Assembly (NCBI GenBank): GCA_029261835.1
Contig: JAJDAO010000030.1
Location: forward strand, 21,308-85,307
Source of the DNA: Deltaproteobacteria bacterium
GTDB taxonomy: Bacteria > Myxococcota_A > UBA9160 > UBA4427
DNA length: 64,000 nucleotides
Reading direction: 5' to 3'
A model generated the notes under the pieces. That model searched no databases. It had not been told where the DNA came from and worked only from the letters and a program-made list of their open reading frames with translations. The position numbers and the translations under genes are program-made. How positions within the stretch are numbered: position 1 is the stretch's first letter; each line of letters begins with the position of its first letter. Positions 19,477 to 29,334 of the stretch are shown here, in pieces.

Positions 19477-21099
19477 CTACCGCCGCAGCAGCGCAGCGGC
19501 CCGATCCGTCAATCGCCGCAGCGTTTCCCGCATGATCTCATCACCCAGCCAACGCGTACACAGCAACGCAACGCCGACGAAGACGGCACCACCCAGCGCC
19601 AGATCCAACATCGCCCCCGACATGCCCGCGGCACCGGAACGAGTGAGTGCGCCGAGCAGCGCGGCGGGAACGGCCAGCGCGACCGAGCGCGCAGTGGTCG
19701 CCGCCAGGACCGAGAGCTTGGGGCCGCCATAGCGCAGGCGTGCCCAGACGAGCGTCGCCACGGCGTTGAGCGAGATCGCGGCGACACCGGCAGCCGCCAG
19801 GCCCTCGGCGGCGAAGCGCTCTCCCATCGCCAGGTAGAGGGGAATCACCGCGAGCGCGATGACGGTTCCCAGCAGCATCGGGCGCCAGGTATCCCCGCGT
19901 GCAAAGAAGGCACGTACCGCCACCTGCTGGCTCACCCATCCCGGCACTGCCAGCGCGAGCACCGACAGCACCGAAGCCACGCGGGCGGCGTCGGCGCCCG
20001 TGAAGTGACCACGCCGGTACATCACTTCGACCAGGGGCTGCGAGAAGACGCAGACCGCTGCCGCGCAGAAGACCGCTACGACCAGGGTCGCCTGCAGCGT
20101 GCGCACGAGTGTCTGCTCGAGCTCCTGCTCGCGCCCTTCCGCGTGCAGTCGCGACAGCGTCGGCAGTGCAGCCGCCGCGACCGCCTGCCCGATGACGGCA
20201 ACCGGCGCCATCATCAGGCGGCGGGCGAAGCCCAGCGTCGCGACGACACCGACGCCCAGCGTCGCCCCGAACCAGCGCTCGTACCACTCGTCGACCGTGG
20301 TGAGGGAAAGCCCGAGCATCAGGGGAAGTGCCAGCCAGAGGTAGCGGCGGAAGCGCGCGTCGAAGGGGGCCACGCGCAGCCCGACCGGCCCGATGTGGCG
20401 CATATCCCAGATTGGATAGGCCCAGGTACCGACGATCGCGCCAACGAGTGCGCCCCAGGCGAAGCCCTCGACGCTGCCCGTGGCGAGCCCACCTGCGATC
20501 ACACCTCCGTTGTAGAGAAGTGGCGCCGCCGCCTGAGCGCCAAAACGCCCGTGGGCCATCAATACAGCGCGGACGATGCCGCCCGTGACAAAGAAGATCT
20601 GGCCGGGCAAGACGATGCGGGTGAGGCGGACCGTGAGCGCGCGGGTCTCGGCGTCGAAGCTGCTGAATTGCAGAGCGATCAGCCGCTCGGCGTTGAGCCA
20701 GAGCAGCGCGCTCAGCAGCAGCACCAGGGCGCCGAGTGTCCCGAGCACGGTGCGAAAGAGCTCTTCCGCCTCGGCTTCACCCCGCTCGCCGCGGACACGC
20801 AGATAGAGCGGCGTGAATGCGATCGCCAGCGCACCGCCGGCCAGCAGATAATTCAGCAGATCGGGCAGCTGGAAGGCGGCATAGTAGGCGTCGGTCTCGC
20901 GTCCGGCCCCGACCTGTGCGGCCAGCACCATCTCGCGCACGAAGCCCATGACGCGCGACAAGAAGATGCTGGTGGCGAGCAGCAGCGCTGCCGCTCCGAG
21001 GTGTCTGCCCCCGAGCGGTGCGGCGTCGGATCGACTCTTCCGGTCGGCGGCCACGTCTCCCCCTTCGCCCATTATGCGGTGTGGGAGCGCTCGGGCCAA
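19477..21099 (-). CDS. murJ: lipid II flippase MurJ (MviN family)
   Basis: 540 aa and polytopic. The N-terminal signature ATSIFLSRVMGFVREMVLAAQVGAGRETDAYYAAFQLPDLL is typical of MurJ. The start may be a few codons downstream. Confidence 0.9.
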   Translation of the reverse strand: MARALPHRIMGEGGDVAADRKSRSDAAPLGGRHLGAAALLLATSIFLSRVMGFVREMVLAAQVGAGRETDAYYAAFQLPDLLNYLLAGGALAIAFTPLYLRVRGERGEAEAEELFRTVLGTLGALVLLLSALLWLNAERLIALQFSSFDAETRALTVRLTRIVLPGQIFFVTGGIVRAVLMAHGRFGAQAAAPLLYNGGVIAGGLATGSVEGFAWGALVGAIVGTWAYPIWDMRHIGPVGLRVAPFDARFRRYLWLALPLMLGLSLTTVDEWYERWFGATLGVGVVATLGFARRLMMAPVAVIGQAVAAAALPTLSRLHAEGREQELEQTLVRTLQATLVVAVFCAAAVCVFSQPLVEVMYRRGHFTGADAARVASVLSVLALAVPGWVSQQVAVRAFFARGDTWRPMLLGTVIALAVIPLYLAMGERFAAEGLAAAGVAAISLNAVATLVWARLRYGGPKLSVLAATTARSVALAVPAALLGALTRSGAAGMSGAMLDLALGGAVFVGVALLCTRWLGDEIMRETLRRLTDRAAALLRR

Positions 21100-21123
21100 T
21101 GCGCCCCGTCACGCACCCGCATC

Positions 21124-22236
21124 TCAGGACGGGTTGTGCTCGCGCCAGATCTCGCCGCTCCAAGCCTCGACGACGAAGTCATCCCCCTCTCGACCACGGG
21201 CGAATGGGTAGTCGAGGGGCACCTTGCCGTGGGGCGTGTCGAGCACGTACTGCGGAATCGCGAACCCGCTCGTGCGCCCGCGCAGCTCGCGGAAGATGTC
21301 GATGCCCCGCTCGATTGGGACGCGGAAGTGGGCCGTCCCCTCGAGCAGCTGGGCCTGATAGCAGTAGTACGGGCGCACGCGCAGCCGAACCAGAGCTTCA
21401 CCGAGCGCCTTCATGACGGCGGGGTCATCATTGATGCCTCGCAGCAGAACGCTCTGATTGCCCAGTGGCACGCCTGCCCGCAGCAGGCGATCGCAGGCAG
21501 CGGCCGCCGCCTCGCTGATTTCGGCCGGATGGTTGAAGTGCGTGTTCAACCAAACCGGGTGGTGGCTCTCCAGCACGCTGCAGAGGTCGTCGGTCACGCG
21601 ATAGGGCAGCGTCACCGGCAAGCGGCTTCCCAGCCGAATGATCTCCACATGCGGGATCGCGCGCAGCCGGCCGAGCAGCCAGTCCAGGCGCCGGTCCGAG
21701 AAGACCAGTGGATCACCGCCGGTGAGCAATACATCGCGAATCTGCGGTGTCTGCGCGATCCAGTCGAGCGCCTGCTCGAGCTCGCGCTCCAGCATGCCCG
21801 ATCTCGGCTCACCCACCATGCGCTTGCGCAGGCAGAAGCGGCAGTAGAGTGCGCACTCACTGTTGACGCAGAACGCGACACGGTCCCGGTAGACCCGGAT
21901 CACGTTCCTGACCGGCGAGTGCGCGACCTCGTCCAGCGGATCGGCCCGGCCCGCCGGGTCCTCCAGCTCGAGCGCCGCGGGCACCACCTGACGGCGCAGC
22001 GGGCAAGCGGGATCGCGCCGATCCATCAGCGACGCGAAGTACGGCGTGATGACGAAGCGAAAGCGACGCGACAGGTCGCGAATCGCACTCTCCTCGCTGG
22101 GCGTCAGATCGATCCATTGTGACAGCGCCTCGGCCGTGCGGATGCGGTTACGCATCTGCCAGGCAAAGCTGCGCCAGTCGACGGGGTCGACGCCATTGGG
22201 AATGCACTCGGGCCTGATGATCTCAGCTCGACTCAT
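21124..22236 (-). CDS. KamA-family radical SAM aminomutase (lysine 2,3-aminomutase-like)
   Basis: Radical SAM cluster motif CALYCRFCLRKRMVG (CxxxCxxC), with DVLLTGGDPL and RLGSRLPV. The start is taken at ATG 22236 (MSRAEIIRPE...). The track start at 22281 would overlap the upstream gene by 59 nt. Confidence 0.88.
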   Translation of the reverse strand: MSRAEIIRPECIPNGVDPVDWRSFAWQMRNRIRTAEALSQWIDLTPSEESAIRDLSRRFRFVITPYFASLMDRRDPACPLRRQVVPAALELEDPAGRADPLDEVAHSPVRNVIRVYRDRVAFCVNSECALYCRFCLRKRMVGEPRSGMLERELEQALDWIAQTPQIRDVLLTGGDPLVFSDRRLDWLLGRLRAIPHVEIIRLGSRLPVTLPYRVTDDLCSVLESHHPVWLNTHFNHPAEISEAAAAACDRLLRAGVPLGNQSVLLRGINDDPAVMKALGEALVRLRVRPYYCYQAQLLEGTAHFRVPIERGIDIFRELRGRTSGFAIPQYVLDTPHGKVPLDYPFARGREGDDFVVEAWSGEIWREHNPS

Positions 22237-23284
22237 GTGCGTCGCTCCGTAGCCGTGGGGCCAGGCGTTTGAGGCCCGCATCGATCACATCCGCAAGCAG
22301 CCCCGCGAGTGGACGCCCCTCGAGCTCGGCGAGTATGGCGAAACTTCCGTCCGCCGCGAAGGTCGGAAGTGGATTGATCTCCAGGAAGACGGGGCGGCCG
22401 TCTGGGTCGAGTCGAAAGTCGACGCGCGCGAAGTCGCGGCACTCGAAGAGCTGGTAGATGCGGCAGGCCAGCTCCTGCAACTCGCTCTCGAGTGATGCCG
22501 TGAGCTCACCGGGCAGGCAGTGCTCGAACACGCCTGGCGACGTGGCTGCCGATGCGGTCTCCAGGGCGTGTAGCCCTATGCGCGTACCGCTCTCAAGAGC
22601 CCGTTGCAGGACCGGTAGCGGGCGTGGCGGATCGTTTCCCACGACCGCCACTGTGTACTCGGCCCCGGCGAGAAAGATCTCCACGAGCGCCGGCTGCCGG
22701 TAGTCGCGCACAACGCGCGCGACCTCGCGCTCCAGCGCCGAACGGTTCTCAACGCGCGAGCTCGCTCGAATGCCCTTTGCACTGCCCTCCCAGCGCGGCT
22801 TCACGAAGAGCGGGAAGGGGCCGGGCAACGCGCCATGCGCCGCCTGCCGCGCCGAGCTCATCACACACTGAGGCACGACCGGCAGGCCATCGGCTGCCAC
22901 CGTGCGGCTCGCCCACGCCTTGTCGAGCGTCAGCGAGAGGGTGAGACCATCGGAGCCGAGACAGGGAACACCCGCCATCTCGAGCAGGCTCGGCGCCCAG
23001 GCCTCGCGATTGCGTGAACCGTGTCCCTCCGCGATGTTGAGCGCCACATCGATCGCTGGGAGTGCTGACCGACCGATCGCCTCGAGCAGCGAATGAGGCG
23101 ATCCCAGGCGCAGCGGGCGATGCCCCAGCTCGCAGATGGCCGCCTCGAGCACCTCGACCGTGCCGATTGGCTCGTACTCCACGTGGAAGTCCGGCGGGTC
23201 CGTGTCCCGACGCGGGTAGCTGTCGAACGTCTCGAAGACCAGCCCCACGACGAGTGGACCCCGACCGCTCGCTCGGAGTGCCAT
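22223..23284 (-). CDS. ATP-grasp ligase, D-alanine--D-alanine ligase-like
   Basis: 353 aa. The pre-ATP-grasp region has NIAEGHGSRNREAWAPSLLEMAGVPCLGSD. The ATP-grasp core has FPLFVKPRWEGSAKGI, ALVEIFLAGAEYTV and ARVDFRLDPDGRPVFLEINPLP. Confidence 0.8.
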   Translation of the reverse strand: MALRASGRGPLVVGLVFETFDSYPRRDTDPPDFHVEYEPIGTVEVLEAAICELGHRPLRLGSPHSLLEAIGRSALPAIDVALNIAEGHGSRNREAWAPSLLEMAGVPCLGSDGLTLSLTLDKAWASRTVAADGLPVVPQCVMSSARQAAHGALPGPFPLFVKPRWEGSAKGIRASSRVENRSALEREVARVVRDYRQPALVEIFLAGAEYTVAVVGNDPPRPLPVLQRALESGTRIGLHALETASAATSPGVFEHCLPGELTASLESELQELACRIYQLFECRDFARVDFRLDPDGRPVFLEINPLPTFAADGSFAILAELEGRPLAGLLADVIDAGLKRLAPRLRSDAHESS

Positions 23285-23387
23285 CGAATAGCGTCCTCAC
23301 TGCAGTGGCGACGTTAAGCAACTAGACTACTCGACTCACCACCCAGCCCGCTCGCGGGAAGGCACCCGGCAGACAGGGAGACAGTAG

Positions 23388-23876
23388 ATGACGACGAGGG
23401 CTGCCTGGCGGATCGCACGTGCTTGGCTCCCGGTCGGAATCTGGGCCACATTCATCTGGGGGCTGGGAAGCGACGCCTTCAGCAATCCGGAGACCTCGCG
23501 TATTCTTCGCCCGCTTCTCCAGTGGCTGATGCCCGAGCTCACACTTCGCGACCTGGCTCCCATGATCTTCTTCATCCGCAAGCTCGCGCATGCCACCGAG
23601 TACGGCGTGCTCGCGATCATCACGTTGCGGGCCATGATGCTCAGCACACGCGTCGCACTCACACGGACCATTCCGATCGTCCTCGCCATCGGTGCGCTGC
23701 TGGCGGTGGCGGACGAGTGGCGGCAAGCGACATCAGCCGCGCGTACGGGCTCGGGCACAGATGTGCTGCTGGACGTGAGCGGCATCGGGCTCGTCGTGCT
23801 CGCCGCGCTGGTGATCGAGATTCGCTTCGGCCGGACGCCCTTCCGCACTCGTGATCCCGGCGGGTCGAACGCCTGA
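23388..23876 (+). CDS. VanZ-family membrane protein
   Basis: 162 aa with 4 hydrophobic segments. It has RKLAHATEYGVLA, ADEWRQ and TDVLLDVSG, which fit the VanZ-like pattern (H..EY, DE..Q, D...D/N..G). Confidence 0.7.
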   Translation: MTTRAAWRIARAWLPVGIWATFIWGLGSDAFSNPETSRILRPLLQWLMPELTLRDLAPMIFFIRKLAHATEYGVLAIITLRAMMLSTRVALTRTIPIVLAIGALLAVADEWRQATSAARTGSGTDVLLDVSGIGLVVLAALVIEIRFGRTPFRTRDPGGSNA

Positions 23877-24031
23877 GCCCACCACGGGATCGATGCGGAT
23901 CTGATAGGGTATGGGTCGGCTGATTCGAACCTCGGGCTCTTCGTGGGCACTGCGCCGCAGACGACGATGACATTGCTCCCCAGCGGCTTCTCCCCCTTGC
24001 GCGGGAGAGCCCGTCACGAGGCATTCCGGAC

Positions 24032-25723
24032 ATGAACGCGGCGCTCCTGGCCTGCCTCGTCTTCATCGGGTTCGCGCTTGGCTACCGCTACTACTCGCGC
24101 TTCCTGGCCCGGCGAGTCTTCGCTCTTCGCGCGGACGAGAGCGTCCCGTCGCGCGACTACGAGGATGGAATCGATTACCTGCCAACGAAGAGCCACGTGC
24201 TCTGGGGACACCACTTCGCCTCGGTAGCGGGCGCGGCCCCCATCGTCGGCCCCGCCATTGCCGTCATCTGGGGCTGGCTGCCCGCTCTGATCTGGGTCAC
24301 GCTCGGCACCCTCTTCATGGGCGCGGTTCACGACTTCGCCGCGCTGGTGATCAGCGCCCGACACCGTGGACGCTCGATCGGCGAGATTGCCGGACACGTG
24401 ATGGCGCCCCACATCCGCACGCTCTTCCTGCTCGTCATCTCGCTGCTGATCTGGGTCGTGCTCGCGGTCTTCGCCTTCATCATCGGAACGCTCTTCCACT
24501 CGACTCCGAGCTCGATCTTCCCGATCAACGTCCAGATCATCATCGCGATGCTGCTGGGCTGGCTGGTCTACCGCCGCCGGATGGCGCTCTTCGGTCCATC
24601 GCTGCTCGGGTACGCGGTACTCCTGCTCGCGATCTTCTACGGCCAGCCCTTCGCCGAGGCATTCCCCTTCATCGGCGAGATCTCGGTCTACACCTGGGTC
24701 TGGCTGCTGCTCCTCTACTCATTCGCCGCCTCGGTGCTGCCGGTCTGGCTATTGCTCCAGCCGCGCGACTACTTGAACTCACACCAGCTCGTCACCGGCC
24801 TGGTCGTGCTGTCCGCCGGACTGATCGTGCTGCATCCGCCGGTGGTCGCGCCCGTGTTCAACCCCAATCCCGAAGGCGCGCCTTCGATGATCCCCTTCCT
24901 CTTCGTCACCATCGCCTGCGGCGCCATCTCCGGCTTTCACGGGCTGGTTTCCTCGGGCACGACCTCCAAGCAGCTCGCCTGCATGACCGACGCGCGTCCC
25001 ATCGGCTACGGGGGCATGCTGGCCGAGGGCATGCTCGGCCTGATGGCTGTGCTGGCGGCCACCGCCGGCTTCGCGAGTTCGAGCGAGTGGTGGAGCCACT
25101 ACGAGAGCTGGGGGGCCGCCAACGGGCTGGCGGCCAAGCTCGATGCCTTCGTGTCGGGCGGCGCCACCTTCGTCGCTTCACTGGGCATCCCAGTCGAAAG
25201 CGCTCGAACTTTCATGGCCGTCATGGTCATCGCCTTCGCGGCCACTTCGCTCGACACCGGAGCGCGAATTCAGCGGCTGGTGATCGCTGAGCTGGCCGAT
25301 GCCTACGGAGTGCGGGCCCTGACCAACCGCTTCGCCGCCGGTGCTCTGGGAATCGCAGCGGCGCTGCTGCTGGCCATCACGCAGGGCGGGGGCAAGGGCG
25401 GTCTCGCACTCTGGCCGCTATTCGGTACCACGAACCAGCTCGTGGCGGCCGTCACTCTCCTCTTGGTCTCGATCTGGCTGCAGCGACACGGCCGACCCGT
25501 CGTCTACACGCTGACCCCCATGCTGCTGGTCGGCAGCGTTACGGCCTGGGCGATGCTGGGGAACCTCGTCGACTACTACTCGAACTTCACGGATCTCTGG
25601 TTGCTGGCGCTCTCGGGCACGTTGATTCTCGCACTGGACGTCTGGATCACGCTCGAAGGACTGAGGTTGCTGCTCCGCGAACGCGGCAGCGTCAAGCCGG
25701 CGGTGGCGCAAGCACCCTTCTGA
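24032..25723 (+). CDS. cstA: carbon starvation protein A family transporter
   Basis: 563 aa and polytopic. LWGHHFASVAGAAPIVGPAIAVIWGWLPALIWV...GAVHDF and ACGAISGFHGLVSSGTTSKQ are CstA hallmarks. Confidence 0.9.
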   Translation: MNAALLACLVFIGFALGYRYYSRFLARRVFALRADESVPSRDYEDGIDYLPTKSHVLWGHHFASVAGAAPIVGPAIAVIWGWLPALIWVTLGTLFMGAVHDFAALVISARHRGRSIGEIAGHVMAPHIRTLFLLVISLLIWVVLAVFAFIIGTLFHSTPSSIFPINVQIIIAMLLGWLVYRRRMALFGPSLLGYAVLLLAIFYGQPFAEAFPFIGEISVYTWVWLLLLYSFAASVLPVWLLLQPRDYLNSHQLVTGLVVLSAGLIVLHPPVVAPVFNPNPEGAPSMIPFLFVTIACGAISGFHGLVSSGTTSKQLACMTDARPIGYGGMLAEGMLGLMAVLAATAGFASSSEWWSHYESWGAANGLAAKLDAFVSGGATFVASLGIPVESARTFMAVMVIAFAATSLDTGARIQRLVIAELADAYGVRALTNRFAAGALGIAAALLLAITQGGGKGGLALWPLFGTTNQLVAAVTLLLVSIWLQRHGRPVVYTLTPMLLVGSVTAWAMLGNLVDYYSNFTDLWLLALSGTLILALDVWITLEGLRLLLRERGSVKPAVAQAPF

Positions 25724-25785
25724 AGCGAGCAGGTCGTCCATCCGAATGCCGGGACTCGCTGCACGGGTGGACGAAGGCGCGAATC

Positions 25786-26451
25786 TCAGAGCGGCACGCG
25801 CAGGCGCGCGCGCTCATCCTTCTCGTGAAGGCTGCGACGGCTCAGCGCGTCTCGCGCACTCACGCGCAGCAGCTCGCCGTTGGCCGGCTCGACGCCCGGC
25901 AACAGCGCGCGCATAAAGCCGAGATGTGTCACCAACGCGATGCGCTCGCCCGGATGGGCTCGCACCAGCTCGAGTACCGCCTCGTGTGCCCGCGCGCGAA
26001 TCTCACGGCGCGTCTCTCCGCCGACGGGGCGGGCATCCGGGTCGTCGTCCTCGAAGCGTTCGAGTAGTGCCGCATCTTCACACTGGATCTGTTCGCGCGT
26101 GAGGCCTGACCAGCGCCCCACGTCGAGCTCCCGATAGCGTGCGCTCGGCTCGGGCTTCAAGCCCAACACGGCGCCCACCGCCTCAGCGGTCTCCAGCGCA
26201 CGCTTCAGATCGCTGCAGACCAGCAGCGTCACCTCTTCGCCTGCCAGCTCATCGCGCAGCGAGGTCGCCAGCTCGGCCGCCTGCTGGCGCCCGAGCGGCG
26301 ACAACGGCGGATCCGCGTGGCCCTGCCAGCGCCCGGAGGCGTTCCATGCGCTCTGTGCATGGCGGATCAGCAGTAGCTCACCTGATCCGTGCTCTTGTTG
26401 CATGGCGACGGACTGCATGGCGACGCATGGTAGCAGGCCAGCCGTGTGCAA
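25786..26451 (-). CDS. histidine phosphatase family protein (phosphoglycerate mutase-like)
   Basis: LLLIRHAQSAWNASGRWQGHADPPLSPLGRQQA is the RHG-type catalytic motif, and VTHLGFMRAL carries the second His. The true start is probably ATG 26403 (MQQEHGSGELLLIRH). Confidence 0.85.
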   Translation of the reverse strand: MHTAGLLPCVAMQSVAMQQEHGSGELLLIRHAQSAWNASGRWQGHADPPLSPLGRQQAAELATSLRDELAGEEVTLLVCSDLKRALETAEAVGAVLGLKPEPSARYRELDVGRWSGLTREQIQCEDAALLERFEDDDPDARPVGGETRREIRARAHEAVLELVRAHPGERIALVTHLGFMRALLPGVEPANGELLRVSARDALSRRSLHEKDERARLRVPL

Positions 26452-26502
26452 AGTCGTTCGGCCCTGTGCCGAGGATCGAAAGACACATGCTGGAACAGGA
26501 CG

Positions 26503-27165
26503 CTAGCGAGCGAACCGGCGGAGCAGTAGACCGAGCGGGAGCAGGCCGAGCAACGACATTACGACCGGTGCCCCGAGGTGGCCGATCAGCATGTGACGAG
26601 CACCCGGCAGCGGACAGACCAGGTGGACCGTCAGCGCGCCCAGCCCGAAGGCACCGACCAGGGCAATGGCGGCGCTGCTCATCGGCCGCTGCACCCAGCC
26701 CATGAGCAGGAAGACCAGTAACGCACCACCGGGCAGCAGGGCCATCATGATCGCCTTCGAGAAGCACAGGCCGTCCAGATGTATCGGCATGCCGGCGCCG
26801 CCGTCGACGCCGGTCACGCTGGAGGCCAAGGCGATGGCCGACGCAAACCCGAGACCGAGCAACGCGAGACAGCGCGTCACCCTCCCCAACGTCTCACGCC
26901 CGGGCATGCCAGCCGCCAGCCCAGCGATCGCGCCGCAGAACGCGGCGAGCCCGAGCCCGAGCACGACAATGCCGACGCCCCAGCTCGCGGTGAGCCTCTC
27001 CAGGGAACCGTCGATCGGGCCTCGCATGAGCCGGTATGCGATGAAGTCAGCCACCCACAAGGCCAACACCACAGCCAGCAAACCGCGGAGCGACGGAAGA
27101 CGGCGCACCGGCGGGAGGTCTGCCACCAGGCTCTCGATCAATCCCCGCGTTCCGCGTGAAGTCAA
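26503..27165 (-). CDS. NrsF-family (DUF1109) membrane anti-sigma factor
   Basis: 220 aa with six hydrophobic segments. The N-terminus LIESLVADLPPVRRLP is typical of NrsF/DUF1109. The start overlaps the stop of the upstream ECF sigma gene by 4 nt. Confidence 0.75.
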   Translation of the reverse strand: MTSRGTRGLIESLVADLPPVRRLPSLRGLLAVVLALWVADFIAYRLMRGPIDGSLERLTASWGVGIVVLGLGLAAFCGAIAGLAAGMPGRETLGRVTRCLALLGLGFASAIALASSVTGVDGGAGMPIHLDGLCFSKAIMMALLPGGALLVFLLMGWVQRPMSSAAIALVGAFGLGALTVHLVCPLPGARHMLIGHLGAPVVMSLLGLLPLGLLLRRFAR

Positions 27166-27734
27166 TGGTCCACTCCAGCCAGCGCCCTACGAAGCGCCTT
27201 GTAGCCGCGGTGTGCCCGCACCTTGAGCGCACCGGCTGAGACCCGCGCGACGGCGGCAGCCTCCGCGACCGACAGCCCCTGGAGCTGGATCAGCTCGACC
27301 GCCTGGCGCTGCTTCTCGGGGAGAGACTTCAGCGCCTGCTCGAGCCGCGGAGAGAGCGTGCCGTCCTCCGGCGGGCGCCTCGCCTCGGGCGCCGCGAGCT
27401 GATCGATCGCCTCAACCCCCACCTCTCTCTCCAGGCGACGCCCGACCTGCCGAAATGAGTCGACGACCGCGTTGCGCGCGATGGCCCGCAGCCACGGGCC
27501 GAAAGGACGTTCCGGGCGAAAGGTGTGCCGAGCTCGATGGATCGAGAGCAGGACGTTCTGCACCACGTCTTCGGCCGCCCCGCTGTCCCTTACGCGAGCG
27601 CGAACGAGCCCGCGCAGCACGGGGAGAATCTCCTCGAGCAGCGCGCGATACTGATCCGCGTCGCCAGCCTGAGCCGCGGCCATCATCTCGCTCCATTTCG
27701 CTTCCGCGCCCTCGTCACGCGGCGATGCCCCCAT
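27162..27734 (-). CDS. ECF (sigma-70 family) RNA polymerase sigma factor
   Basis: Region 2 (AEDVVQNVLLSIHRARHTFRPERPFGPWLRAIARNAVVD) and region 4 HTH (LPEKQRQAVELIQLQGLSVAEAAAVARVSAGALKVRAHRGYKALR). The start is trimmed to ATG 27734. Confidence 0.88.
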   Translation of the reverse strand: MGASPRDEGAEAKWSEMMAAAQAGDADQYRALLEEILPVLRGLVRARVRDSGAAEDVVQNVLLSIHRARHTFRPERPFGPWLRAIARNAVVDSFRQVGRRLEREVGVEAIDQLAAPEARRPPEDGTLSPRLEQALKSLPEKQRQAVELIQLQGLSVAEAAAVARVSAGALKVRAHRGYKALRRALAGVDH

Positions 27735-27873
27735 CGCGCTCACGATCCCTTCTGATACGTCCGGCGAACCGGTCGGGTTACGGCACCCCGGCGGATTCGC
27801 CCCGGCGCCGCCAAACAGTGGCTGCGCGCCGAAGAAGGCCTGCCAACTCGGCGATTGGGCTGGCATCGCTGCG

Positions 27874-29253
27874 TCACGGTGCGGCGAAGACCTCCTCGGA
27901 GAGCTCGCCCTCGCTCCGGGCCACGATGCAGCTCACCGCCGCGTCGCCGGTGATGTTCACGCCCGTTCTCACCATGTCGAGCAGCCGATCGACGCCGATG
28001 ATCAGGCCGATTCCCTCGACGGGCAGATTCACCTGCTCGAGCACCATCGCGAGCATGATGAGCCCGACGCCGGGCACGCCGGCAGTGCCGATCGAGGCCA
28101 GCGTGGCGGTGAGAACCACCGCCAGGTAATCCACCGGTGCGAGTTCGATTCCGTATGCCTGAGCGATGAAGCCCGTCGCAACGCCCTGCATGATGGCGGT
28201 GCCATCCATGTTGATGGTGGCGCCCAGCGGGATGGTGAAGGAGGCCACCGAGTTGTGGACACCCAGCCGATGCTCGACCGTCTCCAGCGTAACCGGCAGG
28301 GTCGCGTTGCTGCTGGCCGTGCTGAACGCGAAGCCGATGGCGGCGCGCATCTTGCGAAGGAAGACGAGCGGACTCAGACGGGCCAGGCCGAGTAGCAACG
28401 CGGGATACACCGCGAACGCGTGGAGCAAGAGAACGCCGAGCACGACGCCGAAGTACCAGGCCATCTGCGCGATGGCCCCCAGTCCCTGCAGCGCGAAGAT
28501 CTTGGCGATCAGGCAAAACACGCCGTAGGGTGCGATCTCCATGAGAACCGTCACCAGACGAAGAATGACGCGGTTGAGATCGGCGAAGATATCCAGCAGC
28601 CGCCGCCCCGGTGAACCCGCGAGGGTCATCGCAAAGCCGAAGAGCCCAGAGAAGACGATGATCTGCAGCATGTTCCCCTCGGCCATGGCCTTGACCGGGT
28701 TGCTCGGGAATATGTTGGTCACTGTCTCGACGAGCCCCGGTGCCGGTCTGGCCGCGTAGCTGAGGTCCGGCGGCAGTCCCAGCCCCTCACCCGGGCGAAT
28801 CAGCATTGCCGCAAAGAGCGCCAGACTGATCGCTGCCGCCGTGGTCAACAGATAGAGCCCGATCGTCTTTCCGCCGATCCGGCCCAGGCGGCTGATGTCG
28901 TCGAGTGACGCGGTGCCGCACACCAGCGAGACGAAGACCAGGGGAACGACGAGCAGCTTGAGGCTCGCCATGAAGACGGCACCGCCCACCTCGAAAATTC
29001 CGCCGACAAGGAAGCCGCGCAGGAAGCTCGACACCTCGCCCGCCGGATCGAGGCCGTGGCCGAGCAGCAAATTGAGCGCGACGCCCACCACAAGGCCCGC
29101 CGCCATCCCGAGCAAGATTCGCTGGGTCAGGCCGCTGCGCGGACCCCCCTCTGCCGGCGCCCCAGCCGCCTCGTCCGCCACAAGCCCGCCCTCCCTCTGT
29201 ACCCACGGCCACCGAGGCGCGCGAGCATAGCCCGCGCGCTCTGCGACCCGCAT
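27874..29253 (-). CDS. dicarboxylate/amino acid:cation symporter (DAACS family)
   Basis: 459-aa ORF containing AFSTASSNATLPVT, TINMDGTAI and GVPGVGLIML, characteristic of GltP/DctA-type transporters. The first 45 or so codons are probably not translated. Confidence 0.88.
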   Translation of the reverse strand: MRVAERAGYARAPRWPWVQREGGLVADEAAGAPAEGGPRSGLTQRILLGMAAGLVVGVALNLLLGHGLDPAGEVSSFLRGFLVGGIFEVGGAVFMASLKLLVVPLVFVSLVCGTASLDDISRLGRIGGKTIGLYLLTTAAAISLALFAAMLIRPGEGLGLPPDLSYAARPAPGLVETVTNIFPSNPVKAMAEGNMLQIIVFSGLFGFAMTLAGSPGRRLLDIFADLNRVILRLVTVLMEIAPYGVFCLIAKIFALQGLGAIAQMAWYFGVVLGVLLLHAFAVYPALLLGLARLSPLVFLRKMRAAIGFAFSTASSNATLPVTLETVEHRLGVHNSVASFTIPLGATINMDGTAIMQGVATGFIAQAYGIELAPVDYLAVVLTATLASIGTAGVPGVGLIMLAMVLEQVNLPVEGIGLIIGVDRLLDMVRTGVNITGDAAVSCIVARSEGELSEEVFAAP

Positions 29254-29334
29254 TCTCGCACGCCGACCACCCCAGGGAAGAAAAAGACATCCTAACGTAG
29301 CGACACAACTACGCCCCCCACCCCACTATGAGAT

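Noticed and set aside
20005-22122. 705-aa plus-strand ORF, the longest non-annotated ORF in the track.
   Set aside because: It is antisense to murJ and kamA, which both have clear family motifs. The product is Arg/Ala/Pro/Gly/Gln-rich with no motif. This is the typical stop-codon-poor antisense frame of a high-GC genome.
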